Source of the DNA: an uncultured cyanobacterium
GTDB lineage: Bacteria > Cyanobacteriota > Cyanobacteriia > Cyanobacteriales > Nostocaceae
Assembly (NCBI GenBank): GCA_963838355.1
Contig: CAWIQQ010000002.1
Coordinates: forward strand, 2,827,831 to 2,891,830
Reading direction: 5' to 3'
Length of the DNA: 64,000 nt
Part shown: positions 63,198-64,000 of the stretch, one piece after another
Position numbering within the stretch: the first letter of the stretch is position 1
Layout: each line of letters opens with the position of its first letter
Translations under genes and position numbers: made by a program
Notes under the pieces: model-generated
The model's database searches: none
What the model saw: the letters and a program-made list of their open reading frames with translations, nothing else
Told to the model about the DNA's origin: nothing

Positions 63198-63330
63198 TTA
63201 TAGCAGTTTTCCATTGAATAGAATACAAAATGAACCTCACCCCCATCCCCTCTCCTTAGTAAGGAGAGGGGTGCCGGAGGCGGGGTGAGGTTCTCCGAAG
63301 TGTATTGCACTCAACCGAAAAGGGCTATAT
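63198..63330. mobile_element. MITE family A copy 5
   Basis: TATAGCAGTTTTC...GAAAAGGGCTATA; core nearly identical to 27722-27855. Confidence 0.8.
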
Positions 63331-63460
63331 TTAACCGCAGAGACGCAGGGGGGTTGGGGGGATCTTAATATTTAAGGTTTTAATAAAAATTATTTAAAAT
63401 TGCCTATTCCCCGTTTGCTATTTCCCTACTTCCTTTTTATAAAAACTATTCTCCAAAATT

Positions 63461-64000
63461 ATGAAAATATTAGTAGCTAGTCATACATATATAGTAGATT
63501 TAAATTGCGAAAAATTACGCGCTCTATCTCGATTACAGCCAGATATTGAAGTTACGGTGGTTGTGCCGAAACGATGGCAATCTGGGGGAGTTCAAAACAA
63601 AATTATAGAAACTCAATATCGTGATGAAGGTAATTTTCGTATAGTTCCCGTTTCTAATTTTAGTCAAAATCATCAAGGTTTACTTACCTTTGGTAGCGAT
63701 TTAGTTCCTTTATTAAAAAAATTTCGTCCTAATATTATTCATGTTGAACAAGGTTCTAGAGGGTTGGCTTATGCACAAATGATTACTTTAAATGTATTGT
63801 TGGGACTTAAAGCCAAAAACGTATTTTTTACCTGGTGGAATTTACCATATAGTTTAAAATTCCCGATTTCGGTATTAGAAAATTACAATCTTGATAACAG
63901 TCATGGAATTATTTCTGGAAATCAAGATGGTGCAGAAATATTGCGCGATCGCGGATATGAAGGGCCAATAAAAGTAATGCCGCAATTAGGTGTAGACGAA
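63461..64000 (+). CDS. hpsO: GT4 glycosyltransferase HpsO-like, partial, runs off the window (not in ORF track)
   Basis: Manual translation MKILVASHTYIVDLNCEKLR...HVEQG...FFTWWNL...MPQLGVDE, open to the end. Confidence 0.7.
   Translation, partial: MKILVASHTYIVDLNCEKLRALSRLQPDIEVTVVVPKRWQSGGVQNKIIETQYRDEGNFRIVPVSNFSQNHQGLLTFGSDLVPLLKKFRPNIIHVEQGSRGLAYAQMITLNVLLGLKAKNVFFTWWNLPYSLKFPISVLENYNLDNSHGIISGNQDGAEILRDRGYEGPIKVMPQLGVDE

Noticed and set aside
1-64000. tRNA, rRNA or transposase genes
   Set aside because: No cloverleaf/T-loop signatures, rRNA-like tracts or DDE/Y1 transposase ORFs were found by inspection.

Overview
64-kb chromosomal window from a heterocyst-forming (Nostocales) cyanobacterium: AT-rich, with HIP1 GCGATCGC sites, heptamer STRRs, hepA/hepC, psbB/psbT and hps genes. 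Layout: (1) 1-3.8 kb: TPR gene, shortened orphan HicA, a cluster of miniature inverted-repeat elements, an amidase and a pentapeptide pseudogene with nested insertions. (2) 3.9-26.5 kb, minus strand: heterocyst envelope polysaccharide (HEP) island with rfbF, lhgO-like, epimerase, rfbC, SAF oxidoreductase, a GT4 plus PIG-L deacetylase pair, GT4, wzc, hepC, hepA, five GTs and a Wzy-like gene. (3) 28-34.3 kb: vWA(TerY)-PP2C-YegI-like kinase/TPR triad behind a near-canonical NtcA-type promoter; the PP2C has one in-frame TGA and the kinase one frameshift; a PatA-type plus CheY pair lies divergently. (4) pheT, yciI. (5) 38-45.7 kb accessory islet: NACHT-HEAT protein, PhoD-like enzyme, PD-(D/E)xK nuclease-like gene, mazEF-type TA and a partial gene duplicate, separated by related palindromic repeats. 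(6) Peptide ABC genes, psbB-psbT-rps1, cobW, HAD hydrolase, ho1, glmM, hpsL-hpsN-hpsO (partial). No rRNA, tRNA, CRISPR array or transposase gene was seen. Gene names rest on recognised motifs and recalled homologues, not database searches; coordinates outside the ORF track were counted by hand and may be off by a few bases.
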